DNA of 64,000 nucleotides, taken from positions 94,974-158,973 of the forward strand of contig JBBIRK010000004.1 of assembly GCA_037441845.1 (NCBI GenBank), read 5' to 3'. The position numbers and the translations under genes were made by a program. The DNA comes from Candidatus Zixiibacteriota bacterium. Its GTDB lineage: Bacteria > Zixibacteria > MSB-5A5 > UBA10806 > 4484-95. The notes below the pieces were generated by a model. It ran no database searches and was not told the origin of the DNA. It saw only the letters and a program-made list of their open reading frames with translations. Shown piece by piece: positions 20,798-30,084 of the stretch; within the stretch, counting starts at the first letter, position 1, and every line of letters begins with the position of its first letter.

Positions 20798-21940
20798 ATG
20801 ACCCGCGGCCTGTTGATCATTGGAGGGGGATTGGCTCTCGCGCTTTCTCTTGCCTGCGCCGGAAGTCATCCGCATCTCGACATTTCGCCGGAAAATTATC
20901 CGCTTTATTCGTCATATAAGGGCGGGCCGGCACGAGCCGGAACTGTAGTCGGAGAGACCGGGCGGTCGCTGGAAAAACTTTGGCAGATTAAATTCAGACT
21001 TCCGCTTTATTATTCCCCGGCGATGGCGGACAATTATCTGTTTCAACCGGGATCGGATAAGAAAATCCATATCATCGATATAAACAACGGCAATGAAGTG
21101 GCCGAGATTAAACTTCGCCGACAACTCGGCTGCTCTCCAGAATTGGTCGATTCGCTCATGGCTATCTGCGAGGATGGCCCGCGAAGCCAGCTTTTGGTCG
21201 TTAATTATCTGGCCGGCAGAAAAGTCTGGAGTAAATCCACATTCGATCTATGTCTTCCACCGGCGATCGACGACGGCCGGATATTCTGGGCCGACGGACA
21301 GGGGAAAATCAATTGCGCCGATCTGTATTCGGGCGAACTGATTTGGAGCGCCGACCTTAAGGAAAGACCGGACACCGGACCGGTGCTCGAAAAAGATCGT
21401 TTAATCGGCACTCTGGCCGATGGTTCATTGATTTGCCTGAGCAGAAACGACGGCAAAATGATTTGGAAAACGCGAGGCGATAGGCGAACCAATTCGAGTC
21501 CCGCCATATCCGAAGATCGCATTTATGTTTGTTTCGGCGACGGCGGAGTCAGCTGTTTCGATATAAACAACGGAAATCAGATATGGAATCACGCGGATAA
21601 GCCGCGCTTGTTCTATTCTCCTTCGGTGGATTCAGACGGGGTATATTACGGCACGGGCGATGGCAGATTTGTGAAGCTCGATAAAAATAACGGATCGATC
21701 CTCTGGGAATATTCGACTTCGCTGCCGATACGTGGGGCGGCGGCGATAACCGACAACGCCGCGATTTTTTCCAGCCTCGATTCGAAAGTGTATATGCTCG
21801 ATAAGCGCACCGGTGACTTGCTGGCCGTAAATTCGACGGGAGGCATGGTGACCGCGGCACCGGCTGTTTGGGGCGGGCGCCTATTTATCGCCGGACAGGA
21901 TAAAAATCTATATTGCTTTTTGCTTGGAGATCAGCAATGA
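20798..21940 (+). CDS. PQQ-like beta-propeller lipoprotein (BamB-like)
   Basis: Lipobox-like SLAC; repeated SSPA...G...C.D...G...W blades. Confidence 0.8.
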   Translation: MTRGLLIIGGGLALALSLACAGSHPHLDISPENYPLYSSYKGGPARAGTVVGETGRSLEKLWQIKFRLPLYYSPAMADNYLFQPGSDKKIHIIDINNGNEVAEIKLRRQLGCSPELVDSLMAICEDGPRSQLLVVNYLAGRKVWSKSTFDLCLPPAIDDGRIFWADGQGKINCADLYSGELIWSADLKERPDTGPVLEKDRLIGTLADGSLICLSRNDGKMIWKTRGDRRTNSSPAISEDRIYVCFGDGGVSCFDINNGNQIWNHADKPRLFYSPSVDSDGVYYGTGDGRFVKLDKNNGSILWEYSTSLPIRGAAAITDNAAIFSSLDSKVYMLDKRTGDLLAVNSTGGMVTAAPAVWGGRLFIAGQDKNLYCFLLGDQQ

Positions 21941-24114
21941 ACGACAACGAGCAGATGGATTTGAAAAAAATATCCCTCGATATAGTAAGAGAGTTGTATT
22001 CGGCATCGCGGAAACTTGTGATGTATCCGCTCGGCCATCCCCAAACCAATGAAACCCTGAAAAAGTCGCTCGAACGGATGAATGAAGTATTTGCCGTAAA
22101 ACGCTCGTTTTCGTTGCAAGTGTTTTCCAACAGGCTGGCGGCTGAGGGAATCTTGTTGGAGGAAAGCGTTTTTGTCAACGGTTTGTTGCTCGATTTGAAA
22201 AGGCATGAACTCGAGTCGGTGATGTTCTTGTCGGAATTGCTGCTGGGCGATTTATATCATTTTCTAAGCAAATTGCTCGATTCCAAAAGCCCTCTCCCGA
22301 ATTACTTTCAGAAGTTTCTCGACAGCAAGGGAATAAGCACGATAAACATCAATGTCGCCAGGCCGCCGACACTATATGATTTCAATTCGGCCGGGCATGC
22401 GTTGGCGAATACCCGTTTCATGGTCTCGCATCGAATACAGGAGCTGGTGCGCTCCAATCCGCGGCTGGCGGCGTTGTTTTATTCGGGGTCGGTCGCCGGC
22501 GACAAAGTTCTGACCGAATTCTGCGGCGTCGATTTGCGTGCGGGTTACGTCAAAAGCCGGATGAGCGAAATCATTTCGGCCATGTCCGACGAAGAATTGG
22601 CAGAACTGTTTTCCGAAATCGCCCGTTCCGGTGTTCGAGACCGTTCCGAACCGGATCAAAAACTTCTCCGGGGTTTGGCGCAACTCTGGAATGATTGCTC
22701 GGACAGAGCCGATAAAAACGACTTTTGGCTTTTAATTCATGAGCGGCTCAAAGAATCCGGAATAAAAGGACCGTTGCTCGAACAAGTGTTCGATAAGAGC
22801 ACCTTGACACGGGTCAACATTCTCAGCGACTTCGACGAGCTCGAAATTCAGTTGCGCCAGGAATCGGCTGCGCGTGTAGATGCCGTACTGCTTCGCACAA
22901 CCGCGAAAAAACTCTTGGCCGCGGGGATGGATCAACGGGTCGAAAGCATGTTCAAACTTTGTTTGAATTGGCTCAATTCCCCGATCGAGGAAACGCGGCA
23001 AAAGGGGGCGCGCCTTCTCACCGAGATCATTTATATCACGCTCGAAAATCAAAAATGGGAGTCGACAAGTAAACTTATCAAGGAGATTCTCTGCGGCGCC
23101 GTTTCGTCGAAGTCGGGGACGGAAATCGTGGAGCTTATCGAAAAGGCGGTCGAAATCGCCGCCATGAACGGACGCTGGGCGGAACTCAAATATGCGCTGC
23201 AATCTTTGAAAGGATTGGCAGGGGATACCCGGTCGAATAAGGAGATGGCCGCCGCCGCAAAACTGGCGGCTTTGAGGCAGTCCTCGGTTTTGCTGGATAT
23301 ACTAAGCGAAGCGGTTATCAGCGGCAAAGGGGGTTCCGACCTGTATGATTCGATCGCCACTCTCGGCTCGCCCAAATTGGCCTCGATTTTCATCGAAAAA
23401 GTCGATTGCCCGGGCAAAGAAACCAGAGCGCGTTTGATTCGCGCCTTGGCCGCCATGGGCAAAGAGGCCGGTCCGCAGGCTACGGAATCATTATCGACGG
23501 TTATCGGCGCCGGTGAAAAAAACGACGATCGAACCTGGTGGCGTATAAGAAACCTGTTGAGGATTCTCGGCACGATAAAATATCAAGAGGCGATTCCCTA
23601 TTTCGAGATCGTGGCCGGATGGAAACAGAAGCGGATAAAGCTCGAACTTATCGGGACGCTCGAGGCATTGCAATCCCCGATTGCCGGACCTTTGCTTTCT
23701 CGGTTGGCCGAGGAAAAGGATGTCGAAATCCGGCGGGCCGCGATTGCGGCGATGGGGAATTCTGGCCATCCCGATATGGCCGGCTATCTTAAGAATTTGC
23801 TTTTGATGGAAAAGACCGATCATTTGCCGATTATCGCCTCGCTCGGCAGGTTGGGCGGGGCCAAGGCGCGGGATATTTTAATCGACTTTTACGAGAACGA
23901 TGACCATATCCAATCTCTTGAGCTCGGGAAAAAGGAAGAAGATAATTTGAGGATGGCGATAATAAAGTCGCTTTCTAAAATAGGCGATGAAATTTCGACA
24001 AGCAAAGTCGATCAATTCAGTAAACAATGGTTGAGCAAAAGCTCCCGCAAAGGTGACTTACTTACCAGCACCGCCAAACTGCTCTTAGGCGAAATCGCCA
24101 AGGGGCGGGAATAG
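21937..24114 (+). CDS. HEAT-repeat protein
   Basis: N-terminal MYPLGHP motif and C-terminal HEAT repeats (IRRAAIAAMG, IIASLGRLG, AIIKSLSKIG). ATG overlaps the upstream stop (ATGA). Confidence 0.75.
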   Translation: MNDNEQMDLKKISLDIVRELYSASRKLVMYPLGHPQTNETLKKSLERMNEVFAVKRSFSLQVFSNRLAAEGILLEESVFVNGLLLDLKRHELESVMFLSELLLGDLYHFLSKLLDSKSPLPNYFQKFLDSKGISTININVARPPTLYDFNSAGHALANTRFMVSHRIQELVRSNPRLAALFYSGSVAGDKVLTEFCGVDLRAGYVKSRMSEIISAMSDEELAELFSEIARSGVRDRSEPDQKLLRGLAQLWNDCSDRADKNDFWLLIHERLKESGIKGPLLEQVFDKSTLTRVNILSDFDELEIQLRQESAARVDAVLLRTTAKKLLAAGMDQRVESMFKLCLNWLNSPIEETRQKGARLLTEIIYITLENQKWESTSKLIKEILCGAVSSKSGTEIVELIEKAVEIAAMNGRWAELKYALQSLKGLAGDTRSNKEMAAAAKLAALRQSSVLLDILSEAVISGKGGSDLYDSIATLGSPKLASIFIEKVDCPGKETRARLIRALAAMGKEAGPQATESLSTVIGAGEKNDDRTWWRIRNLLRILGTIKYQEAIPYFEIVAGWKQKRIKLELIGTLEALQSPIAGPLLSRLAEEKDVEIRRAAIAAMGNSGHPDMAGYLKNLLLMEKTDHLPIIASLGRLGGAKARDILIDFYENDDHIQSLELGKKEEDNLRMAIIKSLSKIGDEISTSKVDQFSKQWLSKSSRKGDLLTSTAKLLLGEIAKGRE

Positions 24115-24154
24115 ACGGGCCACGATCAAGACCACATTTACAGAGGTATAAGGC

Positions 24155-24227
24155 TGCCGTATTGGCGGTGGTTGTCAATTTGGCAGTAGTGTTATGCCCT
24201 AATGGCATTGATTCTGTCATGTAGGCA
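24155..24227. promoter_or_regulatory. Array of four TGYC-N5-GGCR palindromes (putative enhancer-binding-protein sites)
   Basis: TGCCgtattGGCG 24155, TGTCaatttGGCA 24173, TGCCctaatGGCA 24195 and TGTCatgtaGGCA 24215; spacing 18/22/20 bp. Confidence 0.75.
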
Positions 24228-24284
24228 GTAATATCGTCGTGTTTTAATAGTAATTACCATCTGAATTGCTTGTAAGATTTTATA

Positions 24285-24297
24285 TATCAACATTTTA
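24285..24297 (+). promoter_or_regulatory. IHF-consensus site
   Basis: TATCAACATTTTA matches WATCAANNNNTTR and lies between the palindrome array and the sigma54 site. Confidence 0.6.
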
Positions 24298-24304
24298 CAC
24301 TATT

Positions 24305-24320
24305 TGGCATGTCCGTTGCA
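24305..24320 (+). promoter_or_regulatory. sigma54 (-24/-12) promoter of the chaperone operon
   Basis: TGGCATGTCCGTTGCA, one mismatch to TGGCAC-N5-TTGCW. Confidence 0.85.
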
Positions 24321-24364
24321 CTATTCCCGGGCAAAAGAATAAAATTGAAAAAGGAGATGAAAAA

Positions 24365-24700
24365 ATGAATAACAAAGAATCAAACCTGATCTTTATTCCG
24401 CCTACGGAAATAAGCGAAAATGGGGACAACTACACGATTACCATGGAGATTCCCGGACTCGATAAGGCCGATATCAAAATCTGGCTGGAAAATAACGAGT
24501 TGACGGTCATCGCCGAGAAAAAGCTCGATTCGGAGGGTCGCCTGTATGCCGAGCGTATCGGCGGAAGTTTCGCCCGGTGGTTCGTGTTGCCGGAAAATGT
24601 CGAGGCCGCCAAAATGGAGGCCGAGTACGTTGACGGCGTAATCAAGATCGTGATCCCGAAAAGCGAAAAATCCAGAGCGAGAACAATAACGATAAAATAA
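24365..24700 (+). CDS. Hsp20/alpha-crystallin small heat-shock protein
   Basis: EIPGL, ER..G.F.R.F.LP, A.Y.DGV..I.IPK and C-terminal ITIK. SD AAGGAG precedes ATG 24365. Confidence 0.9.
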   Translation: MNNKESNLIFIPPTEISENGDNYTITMEIPGLDKADIKIWLENNELTVIAEKKLDSEGRLYAERIGGSFARWFVLPENVEAAKMEAEYVDGVIKIVIPKSEKSRARTITIK

Positions 24701-24723
24701 TTTAATCAAAAAAAGGAGGAGTT

Positions 24724-25161
24724 ATGAAAAGCTTAATCAAATCCGGTTCGCGTCTTGGCTGGGCGCTGCATGATCTGCGCGATGAATTCGAAAGGGTATT
24801 CAGGGATTTCGAAAGCCCATTTGATCCCGATGGAAGGACCTGGTCGCCCGCGATCGATATCGCCGATAAGGACGACAAGCTGGTGCTTACCGCCGAGCTT
24901 CCTGGAATGCAGAAGAGCGATGTCAAAATCGATCTTCAGGACAACGTGTTGACGATCGAGGGCGAGAAGCGCTATAAGAACGAGGAGAACAAAGCCAACT
25001 ACTATCGGTGCGAGCGGGCCTATGGCAAGTTCAGCCGCAGTTTCACTCTGCCGCTTAAGATCGACACCGCCGCCGTCACCGCGGAGTTCAAGGACGGGGT
25101 GTTGACGATCACCATGCCTAAGACCGAGGATGCCAAGCCGCGGCAGATCGAAATCAAATAA
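24724..25161 (+). CDS. Hsp20/alpha-crystallin small heat-shock protein
   Basis: WSPAIDI, AELPGM, ERAYGKFSRSFTLP, FKDGVLTITMPK and IEIK; SD AGGAGG. Confidence 0.95.
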   Translation: MKSLIKSGSRLGWALHDLRDEFERVFRDFESPFDPDGRTWSPAIDIADKDDKLVLTAELPGMQKSDVKIDLQDNVLTIEGEKRYKNEENKANYYRCERAYGKFSRSFTLPLKIDTAAVTAEFKDGVLTITMPKTEDAKPRQIEIK

Positions 25162-25180
25162 CCGCGGCAAGAGGCAGCCG

Positions 25181-25224
25181 AATCGCCGGTGTTCGTTTTC
25201 GAAAAGCCGAGGACACCGGCGATT
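25181..25224 (+). other. Strong stem-loop after the hsp20 genes (mRNA stabiliser or weak terminator)
   Basis: AATCGCCGGTGTTC / GGACACCGGCGATT 14-bp stem with only a short T tail. Confidence 0.55.
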
Positions 25225-25325
25225 TTCCACAATAAGTCTTGAGGCGGACCCGAAACATGTCTTATTATCGGCCGTAGAAAAGCAGGAACCTAAACCCGAA
25301 TAAATATCGAGACTGGAGCAATCAA

Positions 25326-26126
25326 ATGTCAGATGATGATATCAAGAAAATCGTGCGAGAAAAATACGGCCGACTGGTCCGCCAATCCTCAAGTTGCTGC
25401 CAACCATCCGGTCAATCATGTTGCGGCGGAACTTCGACCAAAGATATCGGCAGGAATATCGGCTATTCCGAGAGTGAGTTGTCGAGTGTTCCGGACGATG
25501 CGAACCTCGGTCTGGGTTGCGGCAATCCCACCGCGATCGCATCGCTGAAAGAAGGCGAGACCGTGCTTGATCTCGGCTCCGGGGCCGGATTCGATTGTTT
25601 CCTTGCCGCCAATAAGGTGGGCGCCGAGGGCAAAGTGATCGGTGTCGATATGACCCCGGATATGATCTTCAAAGCCCGCGATAATGCGCGTAAGAACGGT
25701 TACGCCAATGTCGAATTCAGACTCGGGGAACTCGAGAATCTGCCGGTTGCCGACAGCAGTATCGACGTAGCCATATCCAATTGCGTAATCAACCTGGTGC
25801 CCGATAAGAAAAAAGTCTTCGGCGAGTTGTATCGCGCATTGAAACCGGGTGGGAGATTCATAATTTCCGATATCGTCCTAACTCGGCCTCTTCCCGAACG
25901 GATTAGGCAGTCGATTACTGCATATGTGGGCTGTGTGGCCGGCGCGGTTCTCAAAGAAGAATACCTTGCCATAATGAAACAGGCGGGTTTCGCTCAGATC
26001 GAGATAGCCGCAGAAAAAGAGTACGATACGTGGTCTTTGGGAATCGAAAATTCGGACGGGCAATCCGCCGATGATTCTGAGGCGGGAGTCTTAAGCATGA
26101 CCGTAAAGGGCGTAAAGCCTTCGTAA
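25326..26126 (+). CDS. arsM: Arsenite S-adenosylmethionine methyltransferase
   Basis: N-terminal [38 protein letters not shown] and YVGCVAGA. Confidence 0.9.
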   Translation: MSDDDIKKIVREKYGRLVRQSSSCCQPSGQSCCGGTSTKDIGRNIGYSESELSSVPDDANLGLGCGNPTAIASLKEGETVLDLGSGAGFDCFLAANKVGAEGKVIGVDMTPDMIFKARDNARKNGYANVEFRLGELENLPVADSSIDVAISNCVINLVPDKKKVFGELYRALKPGGRFIISDIVLTRPLPERIRQSITAYVGCVAGAVLKEEYLAIMKQAGFAQIEIAAEKEYDTWSLGIENSDGQSADDSEAGVLSMTVKGVKPS

Positions 26127-26195
26127 AACATTAAAGTCCGGATATGCGAAGTATCCGGCCGACAATCGAAAAAAAGATAATCGAGGTGAAAGAAA

Positions 26196-28103
26196 ATGTC
26201 TAAGATAATCGGCATAGATCTCGGAACCACCAATTCGTGCGTGGCCGTGATGGAGGCCGGCGAGCCGAAAGTAATCGCCAACTCAGAGGGTTCGCGCACT
26301 ACACCATCGGTGGTGGCAATCGCGAAAAACGGCGAACGCCTGATCGGCCAGCTGGCCAAAAGACAGGCGGTCACCAATCCCGAAAACACCGTTTTCTCGG
26401 TCAAGCGATTCATGGGGCGACAGTATTCGGAAGTCACCAACGAAATCCGCAATTTCCCTTATAAGGTGGTCGAAGGGCCTAACGGTGACTGCCGAATCCG
26501 TATGGCGGGTAAAGAATACTCGCCGCCGGAAATTTCCGCGATGATCCTCCAGAAAATGAAACAAACCGCCGAGGATTATCTTGGCGAAAAAGTCACCCGC
26601 GCCGTAATTACGGTTCCGGCGTATTTCAACGACGCTCAAAGGAAAGCCACCCGCGATGCCGGCGCGATCGCCGGACTCGAGGTTCTGCGCATTATCAACG
26701 AGCCCACCGCAGCGGCGTTGGCCTACGGGCTCGATAAAAAGAAAAACGAGAAAATCGCCGTCTATGATCTCGGTGGAGGAACGTTCGACATATCGATTCT
26801 CGAGCTGGGCGATGGTGTTTTCGAGGTGCGTTCGACCAACGGCGATACGCATCTGGGAGGCGATGATTTCGACAAACGCCTTACCGATTGGCTGATCGAC
26901 GAATTCAAGAAATCGGACGGTATCGACATTTCCAAAGATCCGATGGCCTTGCAAAGGTTGAAGGAAGCCGCGGAGAAAGCCAAGATCGAGTTGTCGTCAA
27001 CTCAGGAAACTCAGATTAATCTTCCTTTTATAACCGCCGACGCCAACGGCCCCAGGCATTTGAATATCTCGCTTACCCGTTCGAAATTCGAACAGCTGGT
27101 CGATGACCTTATCGAACGGACGATAGATCCTTGCCGCAAGGCGCTGGAAGACGCCAAGCTCACGGTGGGTGATATCGATGAGGTAATCCTGGTAGGCGGG
27201 ATGACCAGGATGCCGAAAGTTATCGAGACCGTGGCCAGATTTTTCGCCAAGGAGCCTCATCGAGGTGTGAATCCCGACGAAGTAGTCGCCGTCGGCGCGG
27301 CGATCCAGGGCGCGGTCTTGGCCGGCGATGTCAAGGACGTGTTACTGCTCGACGTTACCCCGTTGTCGCTCGGGATCGAAACCCTGGGCGGAGTGTTCAC
27401 GAAATTGATCGAGCGCAATACCACGATTCCGACCCGCAAGGCCGAGATCTTTTCCACCGCCGCCGACAATCAGACCTCGGTGGAAATTCATGTATTGCAG
27501 GGCGAAAGGCCGATGGCTATAGACAATAAGACGATCGGCAGATTCCAGCTCGACGGCATACCGCCGGCTCCGCGGGGAATTCCCCAGATCGAGGTCACTT
27601 TCGATATCGATGCCAACGGCATTCTCAACGTCTCGGCGCTGGACAAGGCGACCGGACGCGCTCAGTCGATTCGGATTCAGGCGTCCTCCGGCTTGACCGA
27701 ACAGGAAATTCAAAAAATGGTGAAAGACGCCCAGGCGCATGAGGCCGAGGATAAAATCAAACGGGAAAAAATCGAGGCGGTCAATTCGGGCGATTCCCTT
27801 GCATACCAAATAGAGAAGCAGTTGCGCGAATTGGGGGACAAACTCGATTCGGACCAAAAGGCGAAACTTCAAGCGGCGATAGACCGTCTCAAGGATGCCG
27901 TAAAACGCCAAGATGTGAACGAAATCAAATCGGCCAGCGACGCCGTGAATTTGATAATGCACGATATTTCGGCCAAGCTCTATGCCAAGACGACGGCCGG
28001 GGCCGGCAGAGAATCGGCCGGGGGCAATGGCGATAAGCCCAAGGTCGAAACCGGCAACGAATCGAGCAAAGCGGTGGATGCCGATTTCGAGGTGGTAAAC
28101 TGA
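26196..28103 (+). CDS. dnaK: Molecular chaperone DnaK
   Basis: [26 protein letters not shown], linker DVLLLDV and C-terminal VDADFEVV. Confidence 0.98.
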   Translation: MSKIIGIDLGTTNSCVAVMEAGEPKVIANSEGSRTTPSVVAIAKNGERLIGQLAKRQAVTNPENTVFSVKRFMGRQYSEVTNEIRNFPYKVVEGPNGDCRIRMAGKEYSPPEISAMILQKMKQTAEDYLGEKVTRAVITVPAYFNDAQRKATRDAGAIAGLEVLRIINEPTAAALAYGLDKKKNEKIAVYDLGGGTFDISILELGDGVFEVRSTNGDTHLGGDDFDKRLTDWLIDEFKKSDGIDISKDPMALQRLKEAAEKAKIELSSTQETQINLPFITADANGPRHLNISLTRSKFEQLVDDLIERTIDPCRKALEDAKLTVGDIDEVILVGGMTRMPKVIETVARFFAKEPHRGVNPDEVVAVGAAIQGAVLAGDVKDVLLLDVTPLSLGIETLGGVFTKLIERNTTIPTRKAEIFSTAADNQTSVEIHVLQGERPMAIDNKTIGRFQLDGIPPAPRGIPQIEVTFDIDANGILNVSALDKATGRAQSIRIQASSGLTEQEIQKMVKDAQAHEAEDKIKREKIEAVNSGDSLAYQIEKQLRELGDKLDSDQKAKLQAAIDRLKDAVKRQDVNEIKSASDAVNLIMHDISAKLYAKTTAGAGRESAGGNGDKPKVETGNESSKAVDADFEVVN

Positions 28104-28122
28104 TCTGTGCAGGAGGCCGAAT

Positions 28123-28344
28123 ATGCCTACTTATCAATACGAATGTCGGGAATGTCGGAAGTTTTTCGATGCCTATGTTCCAATAAAAAATCGCGACTCG
28201 GCGCGCTGCCCGACCTGCGGCAATACCGCCCGCAGGTTGATATCGCCGGGCGCCGGTTTTCTGTTCAAAGGGTCAGGGTTCTATGTGACCGATTATCGGA
28301 GCAAAGAGTATGAGGAGAAACGAAAGGCCGAAGTTGGAAAGTGA
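28123..28344 (+). CDS. FmdB-family zinc-ribbon protein
   Basis: MPTYQYEC..C...CPTCG...FKGSGFYVTDY. Confidence 0.9.
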   Translation: MPTYQYECRECRKFFDAYVPIKNRDSARCPTCGNTARRLISPGAGFLFKGSGFYVTDYRSKEYEEKRKAEVGK

Positions 28345-28450
28345 GATTCAACCGGGGGTCGGTCGGCAGAGCAGGGAAATTCTAATGGGCAGCGCGAATC
28401 GCTGCTTGAAATGCCGATTGTTCCAGTGATTTTAAATACCTGCGAAGGCC

Positions 28451-29587
28451 ATGGCTGATTATTACAAAATTCTGGAGGTGCCGGAAACGGCCTCCGCCGA
28501 GGATATCAAGAAAGCCTACCGCCGTCTGGCCAAGAAATATCACCCTGACGCCAATCCGAACAACCGACAGGCGGAAGCGAAATTCAAGGAGATTTCGGAA
28601 GCGCACAACGTGCTGTCGGACCCCGAAAAAAGGCGCCAGTATGATATGATGCGCCGCTACGGAGGCTCTTTCGCTTCCGGAGATTTCGGCGGCTCGGCCA
28701 AAGGATACTCTTTCGAGGACATAATGTCGATGTTCGGCCGACGGGGGCCGTCGAGGGATCCTTTCGAGGCGGAAGGTTTCGGATCGTTCGCCGATATTTT
28801 CTCGTCGTTGTTCGGCGCCGGCGCCGATTCACCATTCGGATTCCAATACCAATCCGCCGCTCCCGGAAGCGGGTCCGATGTGGTAGCGGATATCGAGATA
28901 TCGTTCGAAGAATCGGTGAAGGGGACGGAAAAAACGATCCGTATCGAGCATGAGGAGGCCTGCGATGTCTGTGGCGGCGGCGGAATGGTCGCAGACAGTG
29001 CGGTTTCGACATGTCCTGAATGCGGCGGCCGTGGTTATATCGTATTTTCGCAGGGTTCTTTTTCGGTCACTCGCCCCTGTCCGAGGTGTTTGGGGCGCGG
29101 TCGTGTGGGGGGATCGACTTGCCGGGCTTGCGGCGGAACCGGAAATAAAACCGTTCCCAGAAGTATAAAAGTGAAAATTCCTCCGGGAATAGAATCCGGC
29201 GGCAGAATCAGATTGGCCGGCATGGGCAAGCGGGGCAAAAACGGCGGCCCGAACGGCGATCTTTATCTTGAGGTAACCGTTAAACAGAACGAATTTTTCT
29301 GGAGAGAGGGCAAAGATATATACAGTCGGGTGCCGATAACCTTAAAAGACGCGGTTCTGGGAGGAAAAATAAAGGTGAGGACCATCGGGGGATTAGTACT
29401 CGTTTCGATTCCACCCGGAACGTCTTCCGGTCAGCGTTTCCGTCTGAAAGGAAAGGGAATCGCGCTGAACGGCAGCAAAGGTGATCATTATATTGAAGTC
29501 AATGTGGAGATACCAAAGCGGTTAACCGAAGAGCAAATCGCGTTGTTCAAGAAATTCGCTGATACGCTCAAACCCGAGCAAGGATAA
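28451..29587 (+). CDS. dnaJ: Molecular chaperone DnaJ
   Basis: J-domain HPD, G/F-rich region with DIF, four CxxCxGxG repeats and GDLY. Confidence 0.95.
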   Translation: MADYYKILEVPETASAEDIKKAYRRLAKKYHPDANPNNRQAEAKFKEISEAHNVLSDPEKRRQYDMMRRYGGSFASGDFGGSAKGYSFEDIMSMFGRRGPSRDPFEAEGFGSFADIFSSLFGAGADSPFGFQYQSAAPGSGSDVVADIEISFEESVKGTEKTIRIEHEEACDVCGGGGMVADSAVSTCPECGGRGYIVFSQGSFSVTRPCPRCLGRGRVGGSTCRACGGTGNKTVPRSIKVKIPPGIESGGRIRLAGMGKRGKNGGPNGDLYLEVTVKQNEFFWREGKDIYSRVPITLKDAVLGGKIKVRTIGGLVLVSIPPGTSSGQRFRLKGKGIALNGSKGDHYIEVNVEIPKRLTEEQIALFKKFADTLKPEQG

Positions 29588-29589
29588 CG

Positions 29590-30039
29590 ATGGCTGTGAC
29601 CGAAACATTTATAATCAAAGGGCTTCCGGAAAGCAACGAAATCCAGGATTCGTTCGACCGGGCCGAGTATTTCGAGACCGTTTTGAAATGTCGGGTGTTT
29701 CTTGAAAGCTGGCTGGCGGAGTATATATTCGTGCTCTTGTTCCCCGATAGAAAAATGGCCACCCGGGAAAACAGAAAATTCGTTTCCGAACGATTCGGCG
29801 ACATGTTTTATCAGATAATGTGGCTCAAAGAAGAAGGGCATATAAGCCGCAACTTATACGAGCATCTGAATCAGATTCGGAAACTCTCCGACCAAATTTT
29901 TCAAAAAGGAGACGTGCTTAAAGTCCTCTCGAAAAAGGAACTCAAGGATTTCGTGGTCGCCTGTATTGAGTATTGCGCAAAATTCAAAAAGCTTACGGAA
30001 CAGGCAATAAATAGAGGTTTCGGCGAAGAGGACTTTTAA
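29590..30039 (+). CDS. Hypothetical helical protein, possibly degenerate HEPN/MtlR-like
   Basis: Coupled to dnaJ with SD AAGGA. Pattern ETVLKCRVFLESWL ... WLKEEGHI...LNQIRKLSDQIFQ. Confidence 0.6.
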   Translation: MAVTETFIIKGLPESNEIQDSFDRAEYFETVLKCRVFLESWLAEYIFVLLFPDRKMATRENRKFVSERFGDMFYQIMWLKEEGHISRNLYEHLNQIRKLSDQIFQKGDVLKVLSKKELKDFVVACIEYCAKFKKLTEQAINRGFGEEDF

Positions 30040-30084
30040 TGCAACCACACGGGCGACGCAGAAGATAAGCGGGAATATGGAAAT

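Noticed and set aside
24155..24227. CRISPR-like mini-array
   Set aside because: The units are 13-bp palindromes with 5-9 bp gaps and there are no cas genes; this fits operator sites.
24115..24364. CIRCE operator or ROSE RNA thermometer upstream of hsp20
   Set aside because: No TTAGCACTC-N9-GAGTGCTAA is present, and the predicted leader is short, A-rich and unstructured.
25326..26126. Selenoprotein form of ArsM
   Set aside because: No in-frame TGA; the relevant position is TGT (Cys).
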